Below the pieces are notes generated by a model. The model ran no database searches, had not been told where the DNA came from, and saw only the letters and a list, made by a program, of their open reading frames with translations. A DNA stretch of 64,000 nt from Paraspadella gotoi (lineage: Eukaryota > Animalia > Chaetognatha): contig CM119263.1 in NCBI GenBank assembly GCA_051294375.1, positions 25,820,436 to 25,884,435 on the forward strand. The letters run 5' to 3'. How positions within the stretch are numbered: the first letter of the stretch is position 1; every line of letters starts with the position of its first letter. The translations under genes were made by a program, and so were the position numbers. Shown here piece after piece: positions 26,910 to 40,362 of this stretch.

Positions 26910-29900
26910 ATCGTTAAGGGTTCCATAATCCCTGAATTAATTACGTTTATTTATATCGTTTTACTTTTATCGATGTTTAAAACTAAAAATATTGCGCAAA
27001 CAACCTAAAGAAAAAATTGTCGTCGTTATATTTTTCGAGCGGAGAAGAGTTGAACCGAACTGTACGTCATTCAGTTTCACCAACAGTCAAAACTGAAGCA
27101 ACATCCAACGTTTTGGCATTTTTCTCTAACTGTCAAGCTTCTCGAAAAACCAACATAGAAAACGTTAAAACGCTTTTTAGTGTTTTCTCTCTCTTTCTTC
27201 TGACCCGTTCTCTGTTTATTGTTAAAAAAAGGGATTAAACCCTTTTTCTTTCTGGGTTTGAGGTCCCTAGTCGAGAGACGTGGGGGGGGAGAGGAGTGAG
27301 GGAGAAAGAGGTGGGGGTGATAGAGAATAAAAGGGGAGGAAGTGAGGCGGGTAGAAATTGTGAATTATCAAGAGAAAAAAAGGGGAAATTAAATTATGNN
27401 NNNNNNNNNNNNNNNNNNNNNNNNNNNNNNNNNNNNNNNNNNNNNNNNNNNNNNNNNNNNNNNNNNNNNNNNNNNNNNNNNNNNNNNNNNNNNNNNNNNN
27501 NNNNNNNNNNNNNNNNNNNNNNNNNNNNNNNNNNNNNNNNNNNNNNNNNNNNNNNNNNNNNNNNNNNNNNNNNNNNNNNNNNNNNNNNNNNNNNNNNNNN
27601 NNNNNNNTTACTGATTGTTATTTATACTCGGATATCGTTTTTTTTTTACATATGACCTTTCGTCTAAAATCGTCAATGACATATACGCACGCTCTTGTAA
27701 ATATTACAAAATATAAAAATTGTACAACTTCAAACAACGTTATCGCGACTCGAGCGTGGAATTCTAAAATTTTTCTTTGTTTATTATTGACGTCAACTAA
27801 CGACGATGCATTTGGCTTCGGGAATACGAGAGGACGGAAGATCGATTGCTTTCCATTCCCTCCTCCTTTTTCTCCCCCACTGCCGCCCCCACCCTTTCTC
27901 CNNNNNNNNNNNNNNNNNNNNNNNNNNNNNNNNNNNNNNNNNNNNNNNNNNNNNNNNNNNNNNNNNNNNNNNNNNNNNNNNNNNNNNNNNNNNNNNNNNN
28001 NNNNNNNNNNNNNNNNNNNNNNNNNNNNNNNNNNNNNNNNNNNNNNNNNNNNNNNNNNNNNNNNNNNNNNNNNNNNNNNNNNNNNNNNNNNNNNNNNNNN
28101 NNNNNATACAAAACTCAGAATCAAAAAAACCCTCTCCTTGCTTTTTCGTTTCATTTGCTGCTTCCAATCATTTTCTATTATCGTTGAACGGAATGAGGAT
28201 TGGGGATTTTCTATCTCTGAGAGAGTCCAGGCATTCTTAAAATAAGACCCAATATAACTCCCTCTCGAATCCCTTCTCAGGGATCCCTTCTTCTCCCTGT
28301 CATCCTACCGCTTTCCACCTCCATGCCTCCTCCCTGCCTCCTCCCTGCGCTTTGTTTTGACAGAAGTTCACCTTCGGCCGTTTTTCGTTTTTCCTTCATC
28401 GCCCAATTCTTTTTACGGTCGGACTCGTAACCCCGATCGCGATCATCCTGGCAAGATCCCGCTCTTCTTTCTGGTCAACTTCGTCGTCGTCATCTTTCTG
28501 TCGTCGTCGTCATCCTTATGTTTTCCTCGACGACCAGTCAAGAAAGCTGCATAGCTCATGGGAACTAGAATTAGTTCTTTTAAACAGTTTTTAGACAGGA
28601 TCGCTTGTTCATTTTCTACAGACTATGGCCCATATGTTTTTCATATCCCATGACCCAAATTCTACTAAGTTTAAGATATTGGTTCTCCTTGCCCCATGGC
28701 CCACAAGCACACAGTTTGAAAAAGGATTCTATTACTCTTCTTGCGAGTGAATCACGACCCACAGTTTGCGTAGTAAATGGTTCTCTTATCTCGTTGTCCC
28801 ACAGTTTACAAGAGAATAAACTCCCTCCCTGCCCTACGATGCCATGGGATGGGAAGACAACGGCCTACAACCCACAGTTTGTAAGGGAATCCATTCCCCC
28901 CTTACCCACGAGAATCCATAGTTTGTAAGGGAATCCATTTACCAACGATACCCCACAGTTTGTAAGGGAATTCATTTACCCACGAGACCCCACAGTTTGT
29001 AAGGAGCGTTCGTGTTTTGACGTCGATCATCGAGAGAACGTGACTGGATCTCGGAAACCCTAAAGACCAACGCGGTGTTCTTTTGTTTTCCTTCCCGACA
29101 ACCGCCCTCCTTGTTTCGGCGTCTTCGTCGTCGTCGTCGTCGTCATCTTCGTTCTTTTTCTAATCGTTCTTAATAAACATAGATAAAAAAAATTATAATA
29201 TCTCTTTTTTTAGACAAAAAATTTATTTTGATGTATTCATTTTTTTTTCTAGAAATAAACAGTTGTTTTTTTGTTTTTTTTTAACAATTTTTAATAGTAT
29301 ATCGTACATTAAGGAAATTGCGTTCGAATCGAACGTTATCGTCGTCGTCGTCTCCGTCGTCGTCGTCGTCTGTGTCGCTGCATCGTGATAGTGAACGAGT
29401 TGGATTTTGATAGTCGTCGTCGTCGTCGTCGTCGTCGGCAACGACGTAATTTCGTGATTATTTTTTTTTCTTTTCATTTGTTTTCTTTGTAAATCTCTCG
29501 GTTTGGTTTCAATTTCTCAAAGTCAAATTTTTAATTTTTTNNNNNNNNNNNNNNNNNNNNNNNNNNNNNNNNNNNNNNNNNNNNNNNNNNNNNNNNNNNN
29601 NNNNNNNNNNNNNNNNNNNNNNNNNNNNNNNNNNNNNNNNNNNNNNNNNNNNNNNNNNNNNNNNNNNNNNNNNNNNNNNNNNNNNNNNNNNNNNNNNNNN
29701 NNNNNNNNNNNNNNNNNNNNNNNNNNNNNNNNNNNNNNNNNNNNNNNNNNNNNNNNNNNNNNNNNNNNNNNNNNNNNNNNNNNNNNNNNNNNNNNNNNNN
29801 NNNNNNNNNNNNNNNNNNNNNNNNNNNNNNNNNNNNNNNNNNNNNNNNNNNNNNNNNNCTCTCTCTGTCTCAATTCTCCTTCTCTATCTTTTCTCTCTTT

Positions 29901-30026
29901 TTTTCTATCTTCTCCTATATTCTAATTCTTTTTTTGCGTGTTAAAGGCGATTAGGTATGCGAACGAACACTAAAGAAATTTGATGGTAGGATTCTGGATT
30001 TGATTAAAGGGGGGGGAAAGAAACAG

Positions 30027-30062
<36 letters not shown>

Positions 30063-31289
30063 TACAGAGAGACGTAGACAGATAATAGAAAAAAGAATCA
30101 TGGTTGGGAAAAGCAGCATGAGCATTCATTAAAGAAGAAAAAAAAAGAAACTACCATAAAGGGAAGGGATAATGATGATGATCCTCTTTCTCTCCCCCCG
30201 CGGTTTCTCCCGACCTCCTTTCGTTANNNNNNNNNNNNNNNNNNNNNNNNNNNNNNNNNNNNNNNNNNNNNNNNNNNNNNNNNNNNNNNNNNNNNNNNNN
30301 NNNNNNNNNNNNNNNNNNNNNNNNNNNNNNNNNNNNNNNNNNNNNNNNNNNNNNNNNNNNNNNNNNNNNNNNNNNNNNNNNNNNNNNNNNNNNNNNNNNN
30401 NNNNNNNNNNNNNNNNNNNNNNNNNNNNNNNNNNNNNNNNNNNNNNNNNNNNNNNNNNNNNNNNNNNNNNNNNNNNNNNNNNNNNNNNNNNNNNNNNNNN
30501 NNNNNNNNNNNNNNNNNNNNNNNNNNNNNNNNNNNNNNNNNNNNNNNNNNNNNNNNNNNNNNNNNNNNNNNNNNNNNNNNNNNNNNNNNNNNNNNNNNNN
30601 NNNNNNNNNNNNNNNNNNNNNNNNNNNNNNNNNNNNNNNNNNNNNNNNNNNNNNNNNNNNNNNNNNNNNNNNNNNNNNNNNNNNNNNNNNNNNNNNNNNN
30701 NNNNNNNNNNNNNNNNNNNNNNNNNNNNNNNNNNNNNNNNNNNNNNNNNNNNNNNNNNNNNNNNNNNNNNNNNNNNNNNNNNNNNNNNNNNNNNNNNNNN
30801 NNNNNNNNNNNNNNNNNNNNNNNNNNNNNNNNNNNNNNNNNNNNNNNNNNNNNNNNNNNNNNNNNNNNNNNNNNNNNNNNNNNNNNNNNNNNNAAAAAAA
30901 AAAAAAAAACAAGGGGAGGAAAAAGAACTTCATCTAAAAATAGAACAAAAAATTCCAAGGAACTAAAAAGATGACAAAAATACGTGTAGCTTCCAAAACT
31001 ATAAAAAAAAGAATCCTGCTGGGAAAGACGTTAAAAACAAGGAAAATAAGAAAAACAGGGAAACTGGGAAAAGAGGAAACGAACAAACAAAAAACAGGAA
31101 AGAAAGGTTAACAAGTAAAAAAAAAAAGCAAAACTGACACGGAAAACAGAGAAAAAAAAAGAAAACAAGTAAAGAAAAAGAAAAAGAAAGCGCGCCCCAC
31201 CGACTTTACATCTCGAGAAGACAAACAGGAGTCTTAAACTCTTATTTACTTTGGAATTTTTTTTNNNNNNNNNNNNNNNNNNNNNNNNN

Positions 31290-31343
<54 letters not shown>

Positions 31344-33949
31344 ATTCGTCCCGGGGCAGTTCCGCTACTCTTTTAATACGAAATTAACGGGCCATACAAA
31401 TAACAAAGATTATATTCACCAGAGAATGAGAGAGAGAGAGATAGAAAAAGATGAGCAAAAATAGAAAGAAAAAAGGAGAAAAATTGAAAAAAGAAAAACT
31501 GGAGAAAAAAAAAAAAAAAAAAAAAAAAAGAAAGCGGCGTTCTTTTTTTTTTTTTGTGACAGACGCTTATTAGATTAGGAGGCGTAACTAAAGAGGATAA
31601 TAGTAGAGGGACATCGAGAAGGGGGGAGTGAGTACTTTGTTAGGACGAGGGCACCTCGCATGTCCACGACGGGAAAAGACTATCGAGGGGGTGGGAAATC
31701 CATGTTGGAGGGATTCTCAGATGGGGTGAGAATGCAGCGCGCTGTGGGGGCACTCGACACAACTTTGGTTCGGACAATGGCTCGCCGCTTGGACGCCGAT
31801 CTGCATCGTCACCCGTTACGCCATTATTTTGTCCAGTGACCGCCTTTTAAAAAATCCGAGGCGGTTTCGGCCGTTCGAAGTTCGTCCAAACGATTTCGCG
31901 CTCTGCTTTGCAATTTTTTTGAATGAAACAAATATTTTCGGATATCAATCGCAACAATTTTCTTTTTTCCCTTTCGCGTTTTCTGGCTCTACGATTCCAT
32001 TTTTCCTTCCATCCTCCACCTTTGTCTGCTTTCTGGCCGCCATCCCGCCCTCGCCGCCATCCCCCTCGCCGCTCCTCTCCGCCATCTCTTTCGTTGCGGT
32101 CTCCGTGCGTCATCGACGTTCCTTGACGTCCCACTGCGGCAGTTCCACCCGCCGTGGCCGTCACTCCCTCTCTATTCGTGTCTCGATTTTCTTCTCCCTT
32201 TCTCCCCCTCCCTCCCCGTTTCCTGCATTTCCCGCTCGTGCAAAACATTCGTCATGGCCGAAACTCATTTCCAGACTGTAAACTGTAAAGACCGATAACG
32301 AGAGGACGACGAAGCGAAGAATGATTGAACGACGACGAATGTGGAAACGTCCACAAAGATAAGTGGCATGATAAGGACGACCTAACAACGATATCAAAAT
32401 GCAAATATTTGGCATTACGTTATGGTTTGAAGACATACAATAACAAAATAACTTGAAACAAGTTAAGCTTTATTTTGATAAATATCTCGAAGAACAATGT
32501 TATCCGAAAAAATAAGTAAAGGGTGATTTACGGTTCAGTGAACAATAAAGACGGAAATAACCGTTATTGACGACGACGACGACGACTTAATTACACCACG
32601 GGCGATTAAAACACTTTGAAAAATTCGGGGGATATTCAAGACATTGGGAACAGAAGGGCCGGGGTCGGGAAACAAAGAAAAGAAAGCCAAAAATCAGTGA
32701 GCAGAGTGGTTGAGGACAATGGTTGAATAAAGTAGAGAGGAAGCATTTAGTATTTGGGAAAAAGAAGACTTGAGAAGTTAGAAAAAGTGTGTAGTTTTTT
32801 AAATAAAGTAAGGAAAACCGGCATTACGGTGGGCGGGGGCTAGTTTGCACAATGTTGAATTAAGAACTAAAGAAATAATTCTGATTGCGACATATTTAAC
32901 AAAGAAATAAAGAACGACATAGAGATAGTGATTTGGACAAAGCGGCACCGAGAAAGAAAAGAAAATGATACGGATACTTCGTACGGGACAGAGAAGCTCG
33001 AGGCCTGGAAAGGAGAGAACGTCAGTGCAGTGCGAGGCGCGACCGAGGGAGAGCTGAAACAGTCTTTATGATCGAGAGAACGACGTCGCATGGGAATAGC
33101 GGGTTGAGAGAGAATGGGCGGGTGAGGGGTGTGAATGTTTGAAATGGCGCGGGCTTGCAGAGGCGAGGCCAGCGCAGGGCGTGCCGAATGGGCGATCGGA
33201 TGCGAAAGGCTCGTGGCGTGAGAGAGAGAGAGATGGCTAGGGGGAAGGAGTGGCAGGATAGAGGGAAAGGGAGGGAGAGGAGAGAGAGAGAGAGAGAGAG
33301 ATGAGAGAGAGAGAGGAGAGAGAGACGAGAGAGGTCGACAACGATACACGCCATAAAACTCGCTCGTCGTGAGGGGGCGATTTTTGAAATTTTTTATCGA
33401 AAAAATGATGCGTTTATTGACATTTTTTGCGAATTAAAGAGTCGGTTTAAGGTCGGTTTTGGGTCGATTTTTTTTTTAGTTCGGATTTTAGCCAAGTCGA
33501 TAAATTGCAGACTTATTTTTTTTCTTTTATTTTTTTTTTCATCCCCTCGTTTCGACCTTCAAGAGTTTCGCTACTTAATCCTTTTTTAGCCTTTTTTTTT
33601 CTTTTTCTGGAAAGTAATTAAAGAGAAACTTTTTTTGTTGAATTTTTTTTCTTACTTCTTGAGCTGCCTGCGTTTTATCCCGACCCCGGCCGACCGAACT
33701 GATATTATTTTTTTCCAGGGGCGAAATAATTATTATTTTTTGGTCACCTTACTTATTATTATCATTACTACTACATAAAAGCCGTCCGGTGTTTATTAAT
33801 TATAAGGCTCTTCGTAAAAAAAGCTCAATATCAAAGCAATCTTTAATCATTTAAATTTTTTTTTCCCTTCGACTTGAACAAAACAAGAAAAAAATCCCCC
33901 GTAAATTGTTTGGAAACTTCTCTCTAAAAACACACGATTACCTCATTAT

Positions 33950-33980
<31 letters not shown>

Positions 33981-36900
33981 ATAAAAAAAGATTTAACTCA
34001 TTTTACTCATTATTTACGTGACTGGGATTGAAGACTGACCAGTTACGCTCTCTGCAAATTTATTATCCTAAGGGGGGAGGGAGATAGAGAAAAGAGCCAA
34101 ATTATAGGTCTGGACTCCTGGAGAGAGAGACGAGATGAGGAGAGGAAGAGAGATGAGAGATGAGAGACGAGAGAGAGGGAGAAGAGAAGAAAGAGGGGAG
34201 AAGAAAGTAGATAAATAGCTGAGGTAGGGGAAATAGAGAGAGACAAAAATAACAAATGAGAAAGAGAGAAAGAGCGATGAGAACAGTAGTTAGTTAGAAG
34301 TTAGTATACATAAAGAAAGAAAATTTTAAAAAAATTGATGAATGTACCACACAGGGTTTAAAAATAAAAATGAGTAGTAAAGAAAGTTAAAAAACCAATA
34401 AACAAAAATATGTTATAAAAAGTTCAAAGCCTTGACAATTATTTCAAATTTCATTATGACCAAAGTTAGTTTCTTACAAAGTACATAAAGGCATGAAGAG
34501 GAGAAAAGCAGAGCGAAGAGAGAGAGAGAGAGAATAGAGAAAGAAAGAATATTCAACAATGCTAAACGGCCGTGCTGATTTATCAGCAAAAAAAAATAAG
34601 ATACTGACAAATAAAAAACGAATCATAACAGTAAAAGAAAAAAACAGGACTTCGCACCGGAGTAAGAGAGAAAAGCGATTATAGAGCAAGAGAGAGCCAG
34701 AAGAGAGAGAGAGGAGAGTGAGAGAGAGTGAAATATTATAAGCTTTCCAACTCATTTTTCTCGTGCGAAGAAAAAAACTAATTAATTCCCCAATTTATGG
34801 AGCTCTTAGTTGCCTCGTTAATGCCTTGCCCCTCCGGTCCCTCCGTCCCTGGGTTTCCAGAACGATAAATACAATTTTTATGTTTATGTGAGAGGCTTTT
34901 TTTAAAAGGAGAGAGAGGAGAGAGAGAGAGAATGGAGACGAGAAGAGGAGAGAAGAGGGAGAGACGCGAGAGAGAGAGAGAGAGCAGAGTCAGAATCGTT
35001 CAAGGGTTCCATAATCCCTGAAATTAATACGTTATTCTATATCTTTTTTTACTTTATCGATGTTTAAAACTAAAATATTGCGCAACACAACCTAAAGAAA
35101 AAATTTGTCTCGTTATTATTCTTTTCGAGCGGATGAGAGTTGAACCGAACTGGCGTTCAATTCAGTTTCACCAACAGTCAAAACTGAAGCAACATCCAAC
35201 GTTTGCATTTTTCTCTAATGTCAAGCTTCTCAAAAAAAACCAACATAGAAACGTTAAAACGCTTTTTAGTGCTTTTCTCTCTCTTTCTTCTGACTCCGTT
35301 TTCCTGTTTATTGTTAAAAAAAAGGGATTAAACCCTTTTTCTTTCTGGGTTTTGAGGTCCCTAGTCGAGAGACGTGGCGGGGGAGGAGGAGTGAGGGAGA
35401 AGAGAGGTGGGGCTGATAGAGAATAAAAGGGGAGGAAATGAGGGAGAAATTCGTGAATTATCAAGAAAAGGAAAAAAAAGGGAAATTAAATTATGACTCG
35501 GATAAGATTTATTTCTATTTTTAAAATTACGAACAACTAATGGCTGCGAGTTATTAACAAACCTCTAAACATCTGAAGCGTTTAGTGAACTCGAAAAAAA
35601 ACCTTTACTGATGTTAATTTATACTCGGATTATCGCTTTTTTTTTAATATGACCTTTCGTCTAAAAATCGTCATCACATAACGCACGCTCTTTGTAAACT
35701 TACAAAAATAAAAATTGTACAACTTCAAACAACGTTATCGTGACTCGAGCGTGGAATTCTAAAATTTTTCTGTTTATTATTGACGTTCAACTAACGACCG
35801 ATGCATTTGGCTTCGGAATACGAGAGGACGAAGATCGATTGCCTATCCATTCCCCCTCCTTTTTCTCCCCCACTGCCGCCCCCACCCTTTCTCCCTTCAA
35901 CCCCTCTCTGTTCGCCGCTTTTGGCTCGGGAGCCAAAACAAAATATATTTCCCCCCCCCCTATCTTCCCTTCCATACTCCTGCCTCAAACTCCCAAGTTC
36001 AATAGGTATACAAAACTCAGAATCAAAAAACCCTCTCCGTTGCTTTTTCGTTTCATTTGCTGCTTCAATCATTTTCTATTTCGTTGAACGGATGGATGGG
36101 GATTTTTATCTCTGAGAGAGTCCAGGCATTCTTAAATAGACCCCAATATAACTCCTCTCGATCCCGGTCTCAGGGATCCCTTCTTCTCCCTGTTCATTCC
36201 TACCGCTCACCTCCATGCCTTCCCCTGCCTCCTCCTGCGCTTTGTTTTGACAGAACTTCACTACGGCCGTTTTTCGTTTTTCGTTCATTCGCCCAATTTC
36301 TTTTACGGTCGGACTCGTAACCCCCGATCGCGATCATCTGCAAGATCCTGCTCTTCTTTCTGGTCAAACTTCGTCCGTCGTCCATCTTTCTGTCGTCGTC
36401 TCATCCTTATGTTTTCCCTCGACGACCAGGTCAAGAAAGCTGCATTAAGCTCATGGCGAAACTAGAATAATTCTTTTCGGAACAGGATCGCTTGTTTAAT
36501 TTTCTACAGACTATGGCCCATATGTTTTTCATATCCCATGACCCAAATTCTACTTAGTTTGGAGATTGGTTCTCCTTGCCCCATGGCCCACAAGCACACA
36601 GTTTGAAAAAGGATTCATACTCTTTTCTTGCGATGTGAATCACGACCCACGTTTTGGGTAGTAAATGGTTCTCTTATCTCGTTGTCCCCGAGTTTACACG
36701 AGAATAAACTCCCCCCCCGCCCTACGAGCCATGGGATGAGAAGACAACGGCCTACAACCCATAGTTTGTAAGGAATCGTTTACCCACGGATACCCCACAG
36801 TTTGTAAGGGAATTCATATACTCACGAGACCCCACTATGTAATGCGGAATTCATATTAACTCACGAGACCCACGATATATGTAAGGAATCCATTTACCAC

Positions 36901-38200
36901 GAGACCACAGTTTGTAAGGATCCATTACCCACGAGACCCACAGTTTGAAGGGAATCCATTTACCCACGAGACACCACAGGTTTGTAAGAAATTCATTTAC
37001 TACCGAGACCCACACAGTTTGTTAGGGAATCCATTTACACCACGAGACCCCACAGATTTGTAAAAGGAAATATTCATATTACTTCACGAGACCCACAGTT
37101 GTAAGGAAATTCATTTACTCACGAGACCCACAAGTTGTAAGAGAAAATTACATTTACTCACGAGGACCCACAGTTTGTAAGGGAATCCATGTTACCCACA
37201 GAGGACCCCACAGTTTGATAAGGGAATCCATTACCCACCGAAGACCCCCAGTTTGTAAAGGAAATTCATTATTAACACGAAACCCCACCGATTTTTGTAA
37301 GGGAAATCATATTAGCACCGAACCCCACAGTTTGATAAGGGAATTTCATTTACCCACGAGACCCCACAGTTTGTGGAATTCATTAACTCACGAACCCCAC
37401 AGTTATGATAAGGGATCATTTAACCACGCAGAACCCCACAGTGGTAAGGAATTCATATTAACCCACGAGGACCACCACAGTTTGTAACGGATTCATTTAC
37501 CCACGAGACCCCACAGTTGTAAAGGAATTCAATATTACCCACGAGACCCCCACCAGTTTGTAAGGGAATATTTACCCACGAGGACCCCACAGTTTGTAAG
37601 GGAATTCATTTACCCACGAGACCCCACAGTTTGTAAGGGCAGTTCGTAGTTATTGACGTCGATCATCGAAGAGACGTGACTGGATCCCGAGAAACCCTAA
37701 AGACCAACTCGGTGTTTCTTTATGTTTACCTTCCCGACAACGCCCTCCATTTAGCGGCGGTCTGCGATTCTTCGTCGTCTTCGTCATCATCTTCCTTTCT
37801 TTATCTTAATCCCTTACTTAATAAACATAGATAAAACATTTTAAATATCTCTTTCTTTTTAGACAAATTTATTTTGATAGTATTTAATTTTTTTTCATAG
37901 AAATAACAGTTGTTTTTTTGGTTTTTTTAACATTTATTAAATAGATATCGTACATTAAGGAATTGCGTTCGAATCGAACGTATATCATCCTTCGTCGTCT
38001 CCGTCGTCGTCGTCGTCTGTGTCGCATGCAATCGTGATAGGGAAAACGAGGTTGGATTTTGATAGTCGTCGTCGTCGTCGTCGTCGTCGGCAACGACGCC
38101 GTAAAATTTCGCTGTGATTATTTTTTTTCTTGTTCGATTTGTTTTCTTTGTAAATCTCTCGGTTTGTTTCAATTTCCAAAGTCAAATTTTAATTTTTTTT
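31290..38200. repeat. About 7-kb duplicate of 21259-21480 plus about 23560-29540, probable assembly artefact
   Basis: Colinear throughout (e.g. GTCCAGTGACCGCC at 23891 and 31831). It differs by 1-bp indels, fills the N gaps of the first copy, and follows a 25-N gap (31265-31289). Confidence 0.9.
36757..37638. repeat. 37-bp minisatellite, roughly 24 copies (ACCCACGAGACCCCACAGTTTGTAAGGGAATTCATTT); about 4 copies in the twin region 28868-29003
   Basis: Head-to-tail units without spacers. Copy number is estimated from array length divided by unit length. Confidence 0.9.
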
Positions 38201-38271
38201 CTTACTCTCTCTCCTCTCTCCTCCTCTCTCTCTCTCTCTCTCTCTCTCTCCTCCTCTCCTTCTCTCTCTCT

Positions 38272-38307
<36 letters not shown>

Positions 38308-40248
38308 AGGAGGCAATTTAAACAAAGAGCGCAGAGGAGAGTGAGAGAGTGAGTGAGAGAGAACGAGAGAACGAGAGAACGAGAGATATATTCCGGGCTT
38401 CTCTCGATCTTGGCTGCAGCTAGTAAGAAAAAAAAAGGTACATCAGCCTATAATTTTTCTTCTCGACATCATCGTCGATGTCGTAGTCGTTGTCGTTGTC
38501 ACGACCGGCGTCGAATCACCGGCGCCGCACGACGCCGGTTTGACGCCGATTCCCTGGCAGCCGACGCCGCGGGGGCACTGTGATCCCCGGCGCCACGAAC
38601 GCGAAGAATTTCCGAAATTTATGGACCTTGAATTCCGAAGTTTGAAAGAGAGAAAGAGAGAGAGAGAGAAAGAGAGAGAAAGAGACAGAGTATGTCCGGG
38701 AGAGGGGGAGAGAGAGAAAGGCTCACGTTTTCCTCGTTCGAATTTTTTGAGAGAAAAAAAAACCGATGATAAAACAAAATATGTATAACAGTAAAGAAAA
38801 AAATGTAAATGCTCTCTCTCTTTCTCCGATTATCTTTTTACTCTTTTCCCACCTTCTTTCTTTCTTCTGTCGTCGTCGTCGTCGTAGTCGTCGTCTTGTT
38901 CGTCGTCGCAGCCGCTGCGCTGCGAGGCTGCATCGGGTCCGTCGCCGTCGCGGCCGAGCAGCGTCGGCAGCAGCAACGCCCGGTCTCGAGCCTCCTCTTT
39001 CGATTGCTCGGCCCCCGGAGTTCATTTCGAGCCGAGAGCCGCCGACCGTTCGTTCGTTGGAGAAACCGAATTTTCTGCCCCGAAAATTCTGTGTTTTTTT
39101 TTCTTCGTTGCGAATCCAAAAAAAAAAAAAGTTTTAAGTTAAATTGAAAAAAAACAAGTCTCATCTCTTGGAAAGTACTTCTCTTTAAAAGCGAGGGAGA
39201 AAAGAGAGAGAGTTCGTTTTTTGGAGAATTTCCAAATTTTCTAAACACGGACACTGTTCTTCCATTTTTTCCCCCTTGCTCTCGGCTTCTGTTAAAATTA
39301 GAAAAGTATATACAATGAAGTGAAAACGCTGTTTTCTTTCTCTTTTTTGCAAGTTTTCTCTTTTTCTCTTATTTTTTTTTCTTCTCTTCTTACTATTTTC
39401 AGCCGGCGTTTTTCGAAGTCTCCAGATTTTCTCGTCCACGAAAAAAAAAAAAAGATTCTCCAATTTTTTTTTTATTTAAAACATTCTCAAAAGCGTTTCG
39501 TTTTTTTTTTTCGAATTTAACATTATATTTATATTTTCCGCAGGAGTATTTTTGTTATGAATTTTGCCGGCGAGAGAGAATTAGTCGTCGCCCGAGTCTT
39601 CGAAGACAAAATTTCCTCACTCTTCTCCTGCGACGGCGTCTCTCTCTTGGACTTGTTTCTTTGTTCATTCATTTTCTTTTTTTTTAAAACAAAAACATTT
39701 AATTATAAAATTTACTAGCACCTCTCCGACGTTCGCGACGAAATAAAAAAATAATGTACAGTTATAACGAGAAAGAGACGAATATATAAACGAACTAGAA
39801 ATTAACACTCGCACCCTCACCGTCGAAAAAAAATACAAATTATCTTTTTACAAACTAGGAAAAAAATTATAACTACCAGAAAGTTTTAAAACTAACAGGA
39901 AAAAAAACCCAAACCAAAAAAAAACAAAAAAAAACAAACAATTTCCAGAGAAAAGTTAAATGAAAAGCGAAGAATGTCTCGAAAGTGATATGCGCGAACT
40001 AAGCAGCGGAAAAGGGACCCGGCCTTCGACGCCTCTTTTCTCCCCAGCCGCTCGTCAATCTCATCTTCATCATCTTCATCCTCCTCATCTCTCCGACCTC
40101 CTTGGGCATTATTATCTTCCGAACCGACCTCATAACCACGACGACGGCGCCGAATCTCGCCGCGTCTCTCTCTCTATCGCGCGCGTCTCTCTCTCTCGTT
40201 TCATTCCGGCGCCGAGAGTTGCCCGGCGCCGACGCCGAGACAATTAAG

Positions 40249-40362
40249 ATGATGAAACTCTCTCGATTTTCGTCTCTCGTGGATCCGGCCGATAGATGCG
40301 GCGCCGTCTCGTGGAATCGAGATCGAGGCCGTCGCCTCGATTGCAAACTCAGTCCTCTCAAG
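40249..40362 (+). CDS. Candidate upstream first coding exon of the MNK kinase (MMKLSRFSSLVDPADRCGAVSWNRDRGRRLDCKLSPLK)
   Basis: ATG at 40249 in a CpG-rich block, 38 codons, donor AAG|GTATTG in phase 0. This matches the phase-0 acceptor at 42003, which is open into the kinase frame. No homology support. Confidence 0.35.

Noticed and set aside
36757-37638. 37-bp repeats as a CRISPR-like array
   Set aside because: Units are head-to-tail with no unique spacers, the variation is indel noise, the context is eukaryotic and there are no cas genes.
23812-38200. Real 7-kb segmental duplication
   Set aside because: Differences are indel-dominated, the second copy fills the N gaps of the first and it abuts a 25-N spacer. 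An assembly artefact is more likely, though read data are needed to settle it.
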